This document shows, one piece after another, positions 37,843-47,875 of a stretch of 61,550 bases of DNA. The stretch lies in the NCBI GenBank assembly GCA_902765585.1, contig CACXAG010000013.1, forward strand, positions 1 through 61,550. The letters are read 5' to 3'. This stretch comes from an uncultured Prevotellaceae bacterium. GTDB taxonomy: Bacteria > Bacteroidota > Bacteroidia > Bacteroidales > Bacteroidaceae. A program made the position numbers and the translations under genes. The notes beneath the pieces were generated by a model, which was not told where the DNA came from, did no database searches, and was given only the letters and a program-made list of their open reading frames with translations. Within the stretch, counting starts at the first letter, position 1. Each line of letters starts with the position of its first letter.

Positions 37843-40050
37843 TTACTTTCCCCATTTTGCCTGCAGATGGTGAAGCATGGTGGTGCTCTCGCCGCATGAG
37901 CCTGTGTGCTGGATGTGGATGCCGCCATAGTTGTTGGGGGCTACCTCAGCCGTTAGGTCTACACGGTGGGGCAGCGAAGAGTCGGCGGGCTGCGGTGTGG
38001 CCGTCTCCACGTGGGCCGTCAGCTTTTTCCCGATGAAATCGATGGAAATCGTGCAGTTGGTACGGTAGCAGGTGGCCGAGACGGGTTCCGTCAGTGGTGT
38101 AACCTGGCCGTGGTCGTACTTCACCAAGTAGAAATCAACGGCTTTAGCGTGCTTTGTGGTACGAATGATGCGCAGACCATAGCCCGTCAGCGTCTGGGTG
38201 TCAAACTTCAGACAGATGTCCATGTATTGTCCCGTAGCCGAACCGAATCCTTGTCCAGCAGTCTTCGTCGGGTCCACATGTAGTGTCAGCGACATGTCGC
38301 CATACGACTGTTTCGTCGGGGTGAACATCAGTCTGGCGCCTCGTTGAGCTTCCAAAAGGCCCATTCCAACGGCCCCGTTAAAGCCCTTGCCGTATTCCCA
38401 CATGGGTTTCGTGCGGTCGAAAGACCAGGGAAATTCTGCTGTATCTTCAGGCTTGTAGCCGTCAACAGTCCATAGCCCTTCGGCTATTATTGGCTGCCAT
38501 CCGCAGTAGAAATCATGGAAGTCGGTACTAAGGCTGTGGCGTTTAGGCGACTTCTTCACTTTGAATGTAGCGCTGGCAGGCTGACCATAGTTGCTTCGCT
38601 GGTGTTTGGGTGTTATGACTGCTGAGATAAGATGATGCTTGTCGGCTTCGTTTAATAAATAGGTTCGCGAAGGTGTAATGTGACTGGTGACGACAGGAAT
38701 TTCATCGCGATACCAAGTAATGAGCGACTCGTCACGACGCCCTTGCAGGTCAAGCGCGTAGTCAAGGAGTAACTGCTGCCCGTCGAACACAATGCGGGGT
38801 GCATGCATAAAGTCTGGTGCTGGCAACTGGGCGGGTTTCACGATGAGGTGGCATGCAGCCTGACGACCGTCAGTGGCATCGGCTATCAGACAAAAGTCTG
38901 CGGTTTCATCGGAGTCGTTAGTCGGTATCACCATAACCTTGTCATTACCCGTGGAGCGTAGCGAGACAGTTTGTTCAAAACCTGGCTCAGCCTTCCATGT
39001 CACTGAATCAGGTGCCATCAAAAGAAGTGTGTCCTGACCCGTTAAAAGCGTTGCTTCATGACAACTGACAGGCAGAAAGGGAGGCATCGGTCCATGATAG
39101 TCGGTCAGGACGACCGTATTCTTGGGATGTTCCTTCCCTATGACATAAGGTTTCCCGTTGAGCAGGAAGTTCTTTTGGTAGCATCTGAGCCAGGGTTGTG
39201 GATAGGCTGTCCAGCCAAGGTTAATGCTGTCGGAAGGAGCATGGTACCGGCAGTCGATGACGGTGACAGGGCTTCCTTGTTTGCAGAAGTACATCTCGCG
39301 GTTGCTGCCTTTAACAAAGAAATCACAATCAATGAACATCGCTCCGGAGCCAAAGGTGCTCCAGAAAGGTTTCTGACCATAGAGGTCGAAGTCGCAGTGT
39401 CGGTAGGTGGCCGTGCCGTTGAGAGCATCGTCAGTACATTCAAAATGACAGTCTTCATAGTAAGAGTGTCTTGCTCCGTTCAGCGGATTGAGGTTCAGAC
39501 GGCTGATGAAGCGTACTTTCTTGGCTACCAGACTGTTGCCGTGGACGTAGCCGATATGCGCCTGTGTGATGGCATTGCTGCGTTTGGGGCGGTTTAATCG
39601 GGGATTTAGCGGGTATACCAGATCTACATTGCAGTAGTTACCCATGGTAAGGTTTTCCACATACAGTGAGTCGCACCAGAAGTCGAACATTGTGAAATTA
39701 CCGATAGCTCCCTGCGTTTGTCCACGCTGTGAGGCCAGCACGACATCCTGGGGCTGTTGACCCAGACCGATGAGGCGCAGACGGGGGCATTGGATTACCA
39801 TGCCAAAAGGTTCTCGGCCTTTCTCTCCGACTTTTACACTTGCATCGTCCGGATTGTCAATCCAGTAGACGCCAGGTCTTATGTAGACTGTGACGCCATC
39901 CGTGAAGTATGGGCTGGCCTCTTGGAAAGTCCGATAGGTGTGGGGGGTGTTCGCTGTTGCCGTGCCATCCACGACGATATGGAGAGAATCTGGGTTCTGG
40001 GCATGAGCCAAAAAGGGCATTAGAGCCCCTAATAAAAAGCTACTTAACAT
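37843..40050 (-). CDS. Secreted pectinesterase-like (CE8/pectin lyase fold) multidomain protein
   Basis: Signal peptide, YRTFQEA...VYIRPGVYW, SYYEDCHFE, YRHCDF, FIDCDF, LGWT beta-helix motifs, followed by beta-rich domains. Confidence 0.6.
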   Translation of the reverse strand: MLSSFLLGALMPFLAHAQNPDSLHIVVDGTATANTPHTYRTFQEASPYFTDGVTVYIRPGVYWIDNPDDASVKVGEKGREPFGMVIQCPRLRLIGLGQQPQDVVLASQRGQTQGAIGNFTMFDFWCDSLYVENLTMGNYCNVDLVYPLNPRLNRPKRSNAITQAHIGYVHGNSLVAKKVRFISRLNLNPLNGARHSYYEDCHFECTDDALNGTATYRHCDFDLYGQKPFWSTFGSGAMFIDCDFFVKGSNREMYFCKQGSPVTVIDCRYHAPSDSINLGWTAYPQPWLRCYQKNFLLNGKPYVIGKEHPKNTVVLTDYHGPMPPFLPVSCHEATLLTGQDTLLLMAPDSVTWKAEPGFEQTVSLRSTGNDKVMVIPTNDSDETADFCLIADATDGRQAACHLIVKPAQLPAPDFMHAPRIVFDGQQLLLDYALDLQGRRDESLITWYRDEIPVVTSHITPSRTYLLNEADKHHLISAVITPKHQRSNYGQPASATFKVKKSPKRHSLSTDFHDFYCGWQPIIAEGLWTVDGYKPEDTAEFPWSFDRTKPMWEYGKGFNGAVGMGLLEAQRGARLMFTPTKQSYGDMSLTLHVDPTKTAGQGFGSATGQYMDICLKFDTQTLTGYGLRIIRTTKHAKAVDFYLVKYDHGQVTPLTEPVSATCYRTNCTISIDFIGKKLTAHVETATPQPADSSLPHRVDLTAEVAPNNYGGIHIQHTGSCGESTTMLHHLQAKWGK

Positions 40051-40061
40051 GTCGGTATCGT

Positions 40062-41054
40062 TTAGTCTTTGTTTTTGTAAATCAGCTTGTTAGCACCGGA
40101 AGTCAATTCCAGCTCTTCGCGGTGTTCGCGGATGAAGGAGTCGATATGGCGCTTGCGTTTGCTCTCGAAGATTTCGTCTATAGCTATCAGGATACCTGTT
40201 TCCTCGACGTCGCCAAAGCCGTAGTTAATGGCTGTGCCGAAGAGTTTCATCGTGGGCGAGAGCCCCATATAGGCATTCACTAGTGGTGGAATGTTATAGC
40301 CCAGCTTGCGGATTTCGCGGTTTAGAATCATATAGTCCTCCTTGAATGATGTCCCGCAGAACAGTGCTTCCAGTTCAGCAGGAGCTGTCTCCAATTCCAA
40401 TGGTTTCATCGGGATAATCAACCGGTCTTTGTCGTCGAAGTGTTTTTTAAGGAAGAAGAGTATCATGTCGCGTCCTTTGCGGATGTAGGAAGGGTACATC
40501 GTCATCTTGCCAAAATAGTATTTGACGCTGGGGCGGATGACCGTCAGTGCACCTAAGCCGTCCCACAGGTTGTCAAGGGCGAACAGGCTCTTCGCACCCA
40601 TTCGCGAACTCTGGTAGGGTAGTGAGACGAACGAACGTCCCAGCTCCACCGTCCATGGGGCATAGTCCTTCAGGAATTTCTCTGAAAAATGGAACATGTG
40701 ACTCGTGGCTAGGATAGGCTGGCCTTTGTCGTCGTAATCCCAGTCTGACCCCAGCATATAGCGGTAGCCCCCGATGATTTCCTCTTCTTCTGGATTCCAC
40801 ACGATGAGCTGTTTGTAGCAGTTCTCGCAGGTGTCGAACTCGTCAATGTCCGTAGATTTTCCAGTTCCGCCACCAGCCTCGCGGAAGGCGATTTCACGCA
40901 AGCGACCAATTTCCTGCATCACGTTTGGTGCATCATGTGCCGTAATGACGAAAATCTTGTTGTTGCTCTTGTTGGTCATACGCAACTGCTTGTCGGGCGT
41001 CAGTTCGCTTTTGAGCACTTCTTTGTTAATGGGGGGGATAATAGGTTGTTCCAT
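40062..41054 (-). CDS. glsB: GNAT N-acyltransferase, glycine-lipid synthase GlsB/ChoA-like
   Basis: EIGRLREIAFR..GGGTG, DIDEFD, IIGGYR, VELGRSFV, IPPLVNAYM. Start ATG 41054. Downstream of an acyltransferase beside the dcw cluster. Confidence 0.75.
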   Translation of the reverse strand: MEQPIIPPINKEVLKSELTPDKQLRMTNKSNNKIFVITAHDAPNVMQEIGRLREIAFREAGGGTGKSTDIDEFDTCENCYKQLIVWNPEEEEIIGGYRYMLGSDWDYDDKGQPILATSHMFHFSEKFLKDYAPWTVELGRSFVSLPYQSSRMGAKSLFALDNLWDGLGALTVIRPSVKYYFGKMTMYPSYIRKGRDMILFFLKKHFDDKDRLIIPMKPLELETAPAELEALFCGTSFKEDYMILNREIRKLGYNIPPLVNAYMGLSPTMKLFGTAINYGFGDVEETGILIAIDEIFESKRKRHIDSFIREHREELELTSGANKLIYKNKD

Positions 41055-41058
41055 TGTT

Positions 41059-41883
41059 TTAGAGTTGATAGACTTGGTCTTGTACGAATTGTGCCCATTC
41101 CATCGGGCTTTTGCTCTTGTCAAAGGTCTGCCAGGGAATAGGCTTTCCGATGCGTACCTCGAAGGTCTTGCCGACATTCCGATACATCTCGTCGACCAGA
41201 TAGATCATGGCCAGGTTGAAGGGCAGGAAGCGGTCGGAGAAGTTGGCCAGCCGGTAGAAGAACTTCGAGTTCTCGCCACTGAAGTGGATGGGTACGACGT
41301 CGCGATGGTATTCCACGCTCTTGGCAATGAACGTCTTCGTCCACGGTATGTCGCGGACGATGCCGTTGTGTTTGCGCGAGCAGATGCCAGCGGGAAACAT
41401 CAGCATGTGGTTGTCGCTCTCAAATCCCGCTTTCACCATGGCTGGGAAGTTGCGGCTTTGGTGGCCAGTCTTGTTGATTGGTATGCAAAGCGGAGCCAGG
41501 CCGGGCAAGTTCATCAGCAGGTCGTTGACAAGGTAGCGGAAACGGGAGTCGAAATGGCGTCCAATGATAGACCCCAGCGCCACGCCGTCGATGCCACCCA
41601 AGGGATGATTCGATACGATAGTGTAAAGGCGTCCGTCGTCTTTGTCGGGTAGGTTTTCCATACCCTCCACCTTCAGCGTCATCTCCAGATACTGTACGCA
41701 GGCTTCCAGCCACGGTGTTCCCGTCAGATGGCGGGAGTCCCACAGGAAGGCGTTCACTTGGTCCTGGTGGATGGTGCGCTTGAGCCACGATATTAACGGG
41801 CGTGGCACCCATTTGGCCTTCGCCCCCATCTTGCCCTTCAGGATTTGGTCGATGTCGATTGTTTTCTCACTTACTTGTCCCAT
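41059..41883 (-). CDS. glsA: PlsC-type O-acyltransferase, GlsA/ChoB-like
   Basis: SNHPLGGIDG (HX4D-type), FPAGICSR. Start ATG 41883. Paired with the GNAT gene. Confidence 0.72.
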   Translation of the reverse strand: MGQVSEKTIDIDQILKGKMGAKAKWVPRPLISWLKRTIHQDQVNAFLWDSRHLTGTPWLEACVQYLEMTLKVEGMENLPDKDDGRLYTIVSNHPLGGIDGVALGSIIGRHFDSRFRYLVNDLLMNLPGLAPLCIPINKTGHQSRNFPAMVKAGFESDNHMLMFPAGICSRKHNGIVRDIPWTKTFIAKSVEYHRDVVPIHFSGENSKFFYRLANFSDRFLPFNLAMIYLVDEMYRNVGKTFEVRIGKPIPWQTFDKSKSPMEWAQFVQDQVYQL

Positions 41884-42175
41884 TCTCTCGTTGCATTGAA
41901 GCCAAAAAGCTGCTTGCAAGTGCAAAGGTAAGCATTTTATTTGAAAAGCCTGCACTTTTGCTCAAAAAAAGTACAGAGAACCTGCATTTTGTCAGCTGCA
42001 GCCCTATGTGTGGTGCCCTGTTGTCGTGCATTTGATATCTCAACGGCCAACGATGTAATAGATGTTGAGCAGTCGTTGACCTCGAATTTTCCACCACTGC
42101 GCATGCAAACTAAAATTATCTAATAATCAGCAAGATAGCGTAATGTCATAAAGATTTTCTGAAATATTTACGAAA

Positions 42176-42222
42176 AAAGTGGGGAAAAGTGGGGGCGCAT
42201 TCAAAAAAATGTATTACCTTTG
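42176..42222 (+). promoter_or_regulatory. dcw promoter: two AAAGTGGGG boxes at 10-bp period (MraZ operator-like) plus -7 element TACCTTTG
   Basis: Repeats at 42176-42184 and 42186-42194, TACCTTTG at 42215-42222. MraZ is known to bind GTGG-type direct repeats with about 10-bp spacing. Confidence 0.75.
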
Positions 42223-42276
42223 CAGGCGAAGTTCTGAGGTTATTATCAAGAAGTACGAAAAAATAATAAGGTACAC

Positions 42277-42759
42277 ATGCGATTTTTAGGTAATATAGAG
42301 GCCAAAACCGACGCCAAAGGGCGTGCCTTCCTTCCAGCCGTGTTCCGCAAGGTGCTACAGGCAGGAGGTGAGGAGCGTTTGGTCATGCGCAAGGATGTTT
42401 TCCAGCCCTGCCTGGTGCTCTATCCTGAAAGCGTGTGGAATACCCAGATGGACGAGTTGCGCCGCCGGCTGAACCGCTGGAACCGTCAGCAGCAGCAGGT
42501 GTTCCGTCAGTTTGTCAGCGAGGTCGAACTGCTGACGCTCGACGGCAATGGCCGCTTCCTGATACCGAAGCGCTATCAGCGCATGGCTGAGATAGAACAG
42601 GATATCAAATTTGTCGGTATGGGCGACACCATCGAAATTTGGAGCAACGCCCAGTCGGAGGCGACGAAGATGGCTGCTGATGACTTCGGCAATGCCCTGG
42701 AGGCGCTGATGGCCACCGATAATCCCGGTGACACCGATAAGAAACAAGAAGAAGAATGA
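42277..42759 (+). CDS. mraZ: Transcriptional regulator MraZ
   Basis: DAKGRAFLP and LDGNGRFLIP repeats, first gene of dcw. Confidence 0.95.
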   Translation: MRFLGNIEAKTDAKGRAFLPAVFRKVLQAGGEERLVMRKDVFQPCLVLYPESVWNTQMDELRRRLNRWNRQQQQVFRQFVSEVELLTLDGNGRFLIPKRYQRMAEIEQDIKFVGMGDTIEIWSNAQSEATKMAADDFGNALEALMATDNPGDTDKKQEEE

Positions 42760-43667
42760 TGGTGACGGCTGAGACATATCACGTTCCTGTACTATTGCAG
42801 GAGAGCGTCGACGGGCTGGACATCCAGCCCGACGGCATTTACGTAGACGTGACCTTTGGTGGTGGCGGTCATTCTCGCGAAATTCTGTCGCGGCTGGGTC
42901 CGAAGGGCCATCTGTACAGCTTCGATCAGGATGCCGATGCCGAAAAGAATATCGTTGCCGATGATAGATTTACCTTTGTCAGGAGCAACTTTAGATATAT
43001 TAGAAACTGGATGCGCTACTATGGTGTGGAGCAGATTGACGGACTGTTGGGAGACCTCGGTGTGTCGAGTCACCACTTCGACGATGAGAGTCGCGGATTC
43101 TCGTTCCGTTTCGATGCTCCGTTGGACATGAGGATGAACAAGCGGGCCGGACTGACGGCAGCTGACGTCCTGAATGACTACAGCGAAGAGCAGCTGGCTG
43201 ATGTCTTTTACCTCTATGGTGAACTGAAGAACGCCCGCCGTCTGGCTAAAACCATCGCAGACTACCGTAAGGGTAAGCGCATTGAAACGACGGCAGACCT
43301 CAGCGACACAGTAGAACCGCTGATGCGCTCGGAACGCGAAAAGAAAGACTTGGCCAGAGTGTACCAGGCGCTTCGTATAGAAGTGAATCATGAGATGGAT
43401 GCTTTACGCGACATGCTGTGTGGTGCCACAGATTTACTCCGTGAGGGCGGTCGCCTGAGCATCATCACCTACCACTCTCTGGAAGACCGCATTGTGAAGA
43501 ACGTGATGAAGGCGGGCAATGTCGAGGGCAGGGTAGAGCAGGATTTCTTCGGTCGCATCACGTCGCCCTTCCGACTGGTCAACAAGGTAACGACGCCCAG
43601 TGATGAGGAACTGCAGCGCAATCCCCGCAGCCGGAGTGCCAAATTGAGAATAGCAGAAAAGGTTTAG
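42756..43667 (+). CDS. rsmH: 16S rRNA m4C1402 methyltransferase
   Basis: YHVPVLL, DVTFGGGGHS, DLGVSS, PLDMRM, YHSLEDR, NPRSRSAKLR. Confidence 0.98.
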   Translation: MMVTAETYHVPVLLQESVDGLDIQPDGIYVDVTFGGGGHSREILSRLGPKGHLYSFDQDADAEKNIVADDRFTFVRSNFRYIRNWMRYYGVEQIDGLLGDLGVSSHHFDDESRGFSFRFDAPLDMRMNKRAGLTAADVLNDYSEEQLADVFYLYGELKNARRLAKTIADYRKGKRIETTADLSDTVEPLMRSEREKKDLARVYQALRIEVNHEMDALRDMLCGATDLLREGGRLSIITYHSLEDRIVKNVMKAGNVEGRVEQDFFGRITSPFRLVNKVTTPSDEELQRNPRSRSAKLRIAEKV

Positions 43668-43669
43668 AC

Positions 43670-44140
43670 ATGGAAGAAGACAAGATAGAGATCATGAGCC
43701 CAGACGGTCAGGAGTCCCAGAAGACGCTGGAGAGTCCGGAAAAGCCGGAGAACAAACTCCAGGAGACCATCAAGAAGATCAAGGAGACCGCTGTCGAGGA
43801 AGACCCCCGTCCCTCGCAGCAGGTGAATCTGCGTACCATCTTAGGCGGTGACCTGCTGACCACTGAGCTGGTGCGTTCACAGATATGGTTGTTTGTCCTC
43901 ATCGTCGCTTTCTCGCTGGTCTATGTGGCTTTCCGCTATCAGTGCCAGCAGGATATGATCAAGATCGACCAGTTGGAGGGTCAGCTGAAGGATGCTAAGT
44001 TCAAGGCATTATCGTCGTCGAGCAGTCTGACGGAGAAATGCCGTGAGAGCCATGTGCTGGAGATTCTGAAACAAAACCAGGACTCGCTGTTGCACCAGGC
44101 CGACCAGCCGCCATATATTATAGAGGTGAGAGGTGAGTAA
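43670..44140 (+). CDS. ftsL: FtsL-like cell division protein
   Basis: Single TM plus coiled coil between rsmH and the PBP gene. Confidence 0.8.
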   Translation: MEEDKIEIMSPDGQESQKTLESPEKPENKLQETIKKIKETAVEEDPRPSQQVNLRTILGGDLLTTELVRSQIWLFVLIVAFSLVYVAFRYQCQQDMIKIDQLEGQLKDAKFKALSSSSSLTEKCRESHVLEILKQNQDSLLHQADQPPYIIEVRGE

Positions 44141-44187
44141 AAAGAGGTAAGAGAATTGAAGAATTGAAAAATTGAAGAATTAAAAAG

Positions 44188-46335
44188 GTGAGTAAGTTCA
44201 GTAATGATAAAGTGATACCCCGCTACATGGTGATAGCCGTGGTGCTGACGCTGTTGGGTTTTGCCGTTGTCGGTAAGGCCTTCTATATCATGACCGCCAA
44301 GAAACAGTACTGGACGGATGTGGCAGACCGCCTGAAGCGCGACTCGGTAAGCGTGAAACCCAACCGCGGTAACATCCTGAGCAGTGACGGGCAGTTGATG
44401 GCTACCTCTATACCGGAATACAAGATATATATGGACTTCAAAGCTGCCGCCTTCGAGGAGGGAGACTCGCTGTGGCTCGACAAGCTGGACAGCATCTGCG
44501 AAGGCCTGCATCAGATATTCCCCAGCAGGACGGCAGCAGAATTCAGACAGCACCTGGAGGAAGGCCGCCACAAGGAGTGGAAGAACAGGAAGACGGGCAA
44601 GATGGAGGTGGGCTCGCGCTGGTGGAACATCTGGCCTAAGCGCATAGACTATGGTACGTATATGGAGGTGCGCCAGTTGCCCTTCTTCAATATGTCCAAG
44701 AACAAGAGCGGCTTTACGGAGGAGGTGTTCAATGCGCGTCGGCGTCCCTTCGGCAGTCTGGCCATGCGTACCGTGGGTGGCCTCATGCTGGCTAAGGACT
44801 CTGCCTATTTCGGCTTGGAGCTGAGCTGCGACTCCTTCCTGCGTGGCACGCCGGGCATTACAGGTCGCCGCAAGGTGCTCAATAAGTATATGAACATCCC
44901 CGTGACGTTGCCTGTTGACGGCTGTGACATCGTGACCACCATTGATGTGAACATGCAGGACCTGGCTGAGCGCGCCCTGTTGGACATGCTGAAGAGTCCG
45001 CAGGTGAATGGCGAGATGGGTGTGGCCATCCTGATGGAGGTGAAGACGGGTGACGTGAAGGCCATCGTCAATATGATGAAGAACGAGAATGGCGACTACA
45101 TAGAGGGTGTCAACTCGGCCATCAGCTACCGCTGTGAGCCCGGGTCGGTGTTTAAGACGGCGTCTATCTTGGTGGCCCTCGACGACGAGGTGCTGGGCAA
45201 GAACCCCAAGGACACCAGTTACATCATCCATACCGGCTGTGGCGTGCAGCCGATGTACGGGCGTGAGATGAAAGACCACAACTGGCGCCGTGGCGGCTAT
45301 GGCGACATCAACGTAGCCCGTACGCTGGAGGTCAGTAGCAACATCGGCGTCAGCCACGTCATCGACAAGTTCTACCATCAGGAAGCCGAGCGCTATGTGA
45401 AAGGCCTGTACCGCGTGGGCATCGGTCAGGATCTGGGTCTGCAGAACATCCTGCCCGGTTACCGCAAGCCGCTCATCCGCATGCCCCAGCGCAAGAAGAA
45501 CGGTCGCTACGACGATAACTGGTATGCCACGACGCTGCCATGGATGTCTATCGGCTACGAGACGCAGATAGCACCCATCAACACGGTGGCCTTCTATAAT
45601 GCCATCGCCAATGACGGCAAGATGATGCGTCCGCGCTTCATCAAGCAGGTGGTGAAGAATGGCGAGACGGTGATGGAGTTCCCGCCAGAGGTCATCAAGG
45701 AGCGCATTGCCAAGCCGCAGGCCATCAAAACCATCCAGACCATCCTGGAACATGTGGTCAGTCAGGGCTTGGGTCGCAAGGCAGGCTCCGAGCTGTTCAA
45801 AGTGGCTGGCAAGACCGGTACTGCCCAGGTGTCGCAGGGTAAGGCGGGCTACAAGAGCGGCACCGTCAAGTACTGGCTGTCGTTTGCCGGTTACTTCCCT
45901 GCTGACGAGCCTCGTTATTCGTGCATCGTCTGCATCAAGAAGTCGGGCCTGCCTGCTTCGGGTGGTGGCATGAGCGGTGTCGTCTTCCATCACATCGCTG
46001 AGGGCGTGATGGCCCGTCATCTGAAACTGAGTGTGGAGGATGCCCACGACGAGAACTCGGTGGTCATCCCCGACGTGAAAGCCGGTGATGCCGAGTCGGC
46101 CAACTACATCCTGAGTGGTATTGGCAGCAGCACGCGTGTCAAGCAGAGTCAGGCAGCATACCGCGACAACGTCATGCCCGATGTGACGGGCATGGGTGCT
46201 AAGGATGCCGTCTACCTGCTGGAGCGGCGCGGTCTGAAGGTGAGGCTTCAAGGCCGGGGTGCCGTGAAGTCGCAGAGCCTGCCTGCCGGTCGTGACATCG
46301 TGGCAGGCAGCGAGTGCACGCTGACTCTACATTGA
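44188..46335 (+). CDS. ftsI: Class B penicillin-binding protein (FtsI) with PASTA domain
   Basis: RGNILSSDG, EPGSVFK (SxxK), SSN, KTGTAQ, MPDVTGM. Confidence 0.93.
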   Translation: MSKFSNDKVIPRYMVIAVVLTLLGFAVVGKAFYIMTAKKQYWTDVADRLKRDSVSVKPNRGNILSSDGQLMATSIPEYKIYMDFKAAAFEEGDSLWLDKLDSICEGLHQIFPSRTAAEFRQHLEEGRHKEWKNRKTGKMEVGSRWWNIWPKRIDYGTYMEVRQLPFFNMSKNKSGFTEEVFNARRRPFGSLAMRTVGGLMLAKDSAYFGLELSCDSFLRGTPGITGRRKVLNKYMNIPVTLPVDGCDIVTTIDVNMQDLAERALLDMLKSPQVNGEMGVAILMEVKTGDVKAIVNMMKNENGDYIEGVNSAISYRCEPGSVFKTASILVALDDEVLGKNPKDTSYIIHTGCGVQPMYGREMKDHNWRRGGYGDINVARTLEVSSNIGVSHVIDKFYHQEAERYVKGLYRVGIGQDLGLQNILPGYRKPLIRMPQRKKNGRYDDNWYATTLPWMSIGYETQIAPINTVAFYNAIANDGKMMRPRFIKQVVKNGETVMEFPPEVIKERIAKPQAIKTIQTILEHVVSQGLGRKAGSELFKVAGKTGTAQVSQGKAGYKSGTVKYWLSFAGYFPADEPRYSCIVCIKKSGLPASGGGMSGVVFHHIAEGVMARHLKLSVEDAHDENSVVIPDVKAGDAESANYILSGIGSSTRVKQSQAAYRDNVMPDVTGMGAKDAVYLLERRGLKVRLQGRGAVKSQSLPAGRDIVAGSECTLTLH

Positions 46336-46411
46336 ACGTTGAACATTGAACGACGAATGTTAAGTATTGATATAAAAGCAAGTTCTAACCCTATAATATA
46401 ATAAGGTGAAT

Positions 46412-47863
46412 ATGAAACTAAATGACCTTTTAAAGCATGTGAAGCCCTTGGCCGTTGTAGGCGATGGCGATGTGGAGATTACCGGTGTGAACATCGACTC
46501 ACGAAAGATAGAGCCGGGGCATCTTTTCGTGGCTATCAAAGGTACCCAGACCGATGGTCACCGCTTCATTCCCAAGGCCTTGGAACTGGGAGCAGTCGCC
46601 GTGCTGTGCGAGGAGATGCCTGAGCATACGAATGGCGTCACGTATGTGCAGGTGGCTTCTACCGAAGAGGCCGTAGGCCCTGTGGCTACCGTCTTCTATG
46701 GCGAGCCGTCGACGAAGCTCAAGCTGGTGGGTGTGACGGGTACCAACGGCAAGACCACCATTGCCACCTTATTATATAATATGTTCCGAAAGTTTGGCCA
46801 TAAGTGTGGCCTGCTGTCTACGGTATGCAACTACATCGAGGATGAGGCCATCCCTGCTGACCATACCACCCCCGACCCCATAGAACTGAACCGTCTGTTG
46901 GCGCGCATGGTAGAGGCTGGTTGCGAGTATGCCTTCATGGAGTGCTCGAGCCATGCCATCGCCCAGAAGCGCATCGGAGGGCTGCAGTTTGCAGGCGGAC
47001 TCTTTACCAACCTGACGCGCGACCACCTGGACTATCATAAGACCTTCGAGAACTACCGCGACGCCAAGAAGGCCTTCTTCGACGGTCTCGGCAAGGACGC
47101 CTTTGCCATTACCAATGCCGACGACAAGAACGGCAGTGTGATGGTGCAGAACTGCAAGGCCACGGTGAAGACCTACAGCACGCGGACCATGGCTGACTTC
47201 CGCGCCCGTATCATCGAATGCCACTTCGAGGGCATGTACCTCGACATCTGTGGCCATGAGGTTGGCGTGCAGTTTATTGGCAAGTTCAACGTGTCGAACC
47301 TGTTGGCAGTCTATGGCGCTGCTGTCATGTTGGGTAAGGCGCCTGAGGATATCCTGTTGGTGCTGAGCACGTTGAAGAGTGTGGCCGGTCGCCTGGAGCC
47401 CATCCGCTCGCAGGATGGCGTGACGGCTATTGTCGACTATGCCCACACGCCCGATGCCCTAGAGAATGTGCTCAACGCCATCCACGAGGTGCTCGACGGC
47501 AAGGGCGGACAGGTCATCACCGTCTGCGGTGCCGGTGGCAACCGCGACAAGGGCAAACGTCCGCTGATGGCCCAAGAGGCCGTCAAGCAGAGTGACCGAG
47601 TCATCATCACTTCCGACAACCCCCGCTTCGAGGAACCGCAGGACATCATCAACGACATGCTGGCGGGTTTGAATCCCCAGCAGATGAAGAAGGTGGTCAG
47701 CATTGTCGACCGCAGGGAGGCTATCAAGGCCGCTGTCATGCTCGCCCAGAAGGGTGACGTCATCCTGATTGCCGGCAAGGGCCATGAGGACTATCAGGAG
47801 GTCAAGGGCGTCAAGCACCACTTCGACGACCGCGAGGTAGTCCGCGAAATCTTTAATCTTTAA
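46412..47863 (+). CDS. murE: UDP-MurNAc-dipeptide--DAP ligase
   Basis: [42 protein letters not shown]. Confidence 0.97.
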   Translation: MKLNDLLKHVKPLAVVGDGDVEITGVNIDSRKIEPGHLFVAIKGTQTDGHRFIPKALELGAVAVLCEEMPEHTNGVTYVQVASTEEAVGPVATVFYGEPSTKLKLVGVTGTNGKTTIATLLYNMFRKFGHKCGLLSTVCNYIEDEAIPADHTTPDPIELNRLLARMVEAGCEYAFMECSSHAIAQKRIGGLQFAGGLFTNLTRDHLDYHKTFENYRDAKKAFFDGLGKDAFAITNADDKNGSVMVQNCKATVKTYSTRTMADFRARIIECHFEGMYLDICGHEVGVQFIGKFNVSNLLAVYGAAVMLGKAPEDILLVLSTLKSVAGRLEPIRSQDGVTAIVDYAHTPDALENVLNAIHEVLDGKGGQVITVCGAGGNRDKGKRPLMAQEAVKQSDRVIITSDNPRFEEPQDIINDMLAGLNPQQMKKVVSIVDRREAIKAAVMLAQKGDVILIAGKGHEDYQEVKGVKHHFDDREVVREIFNL

Positions 47864-47875
47864 TCTTTCATCTTC

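Noticed and set aside
41960-42170. RNase P RNA or riboswitch upstream of mraZ
   Set aside because: No GAGGAAAGUCC or other recognisable family motif
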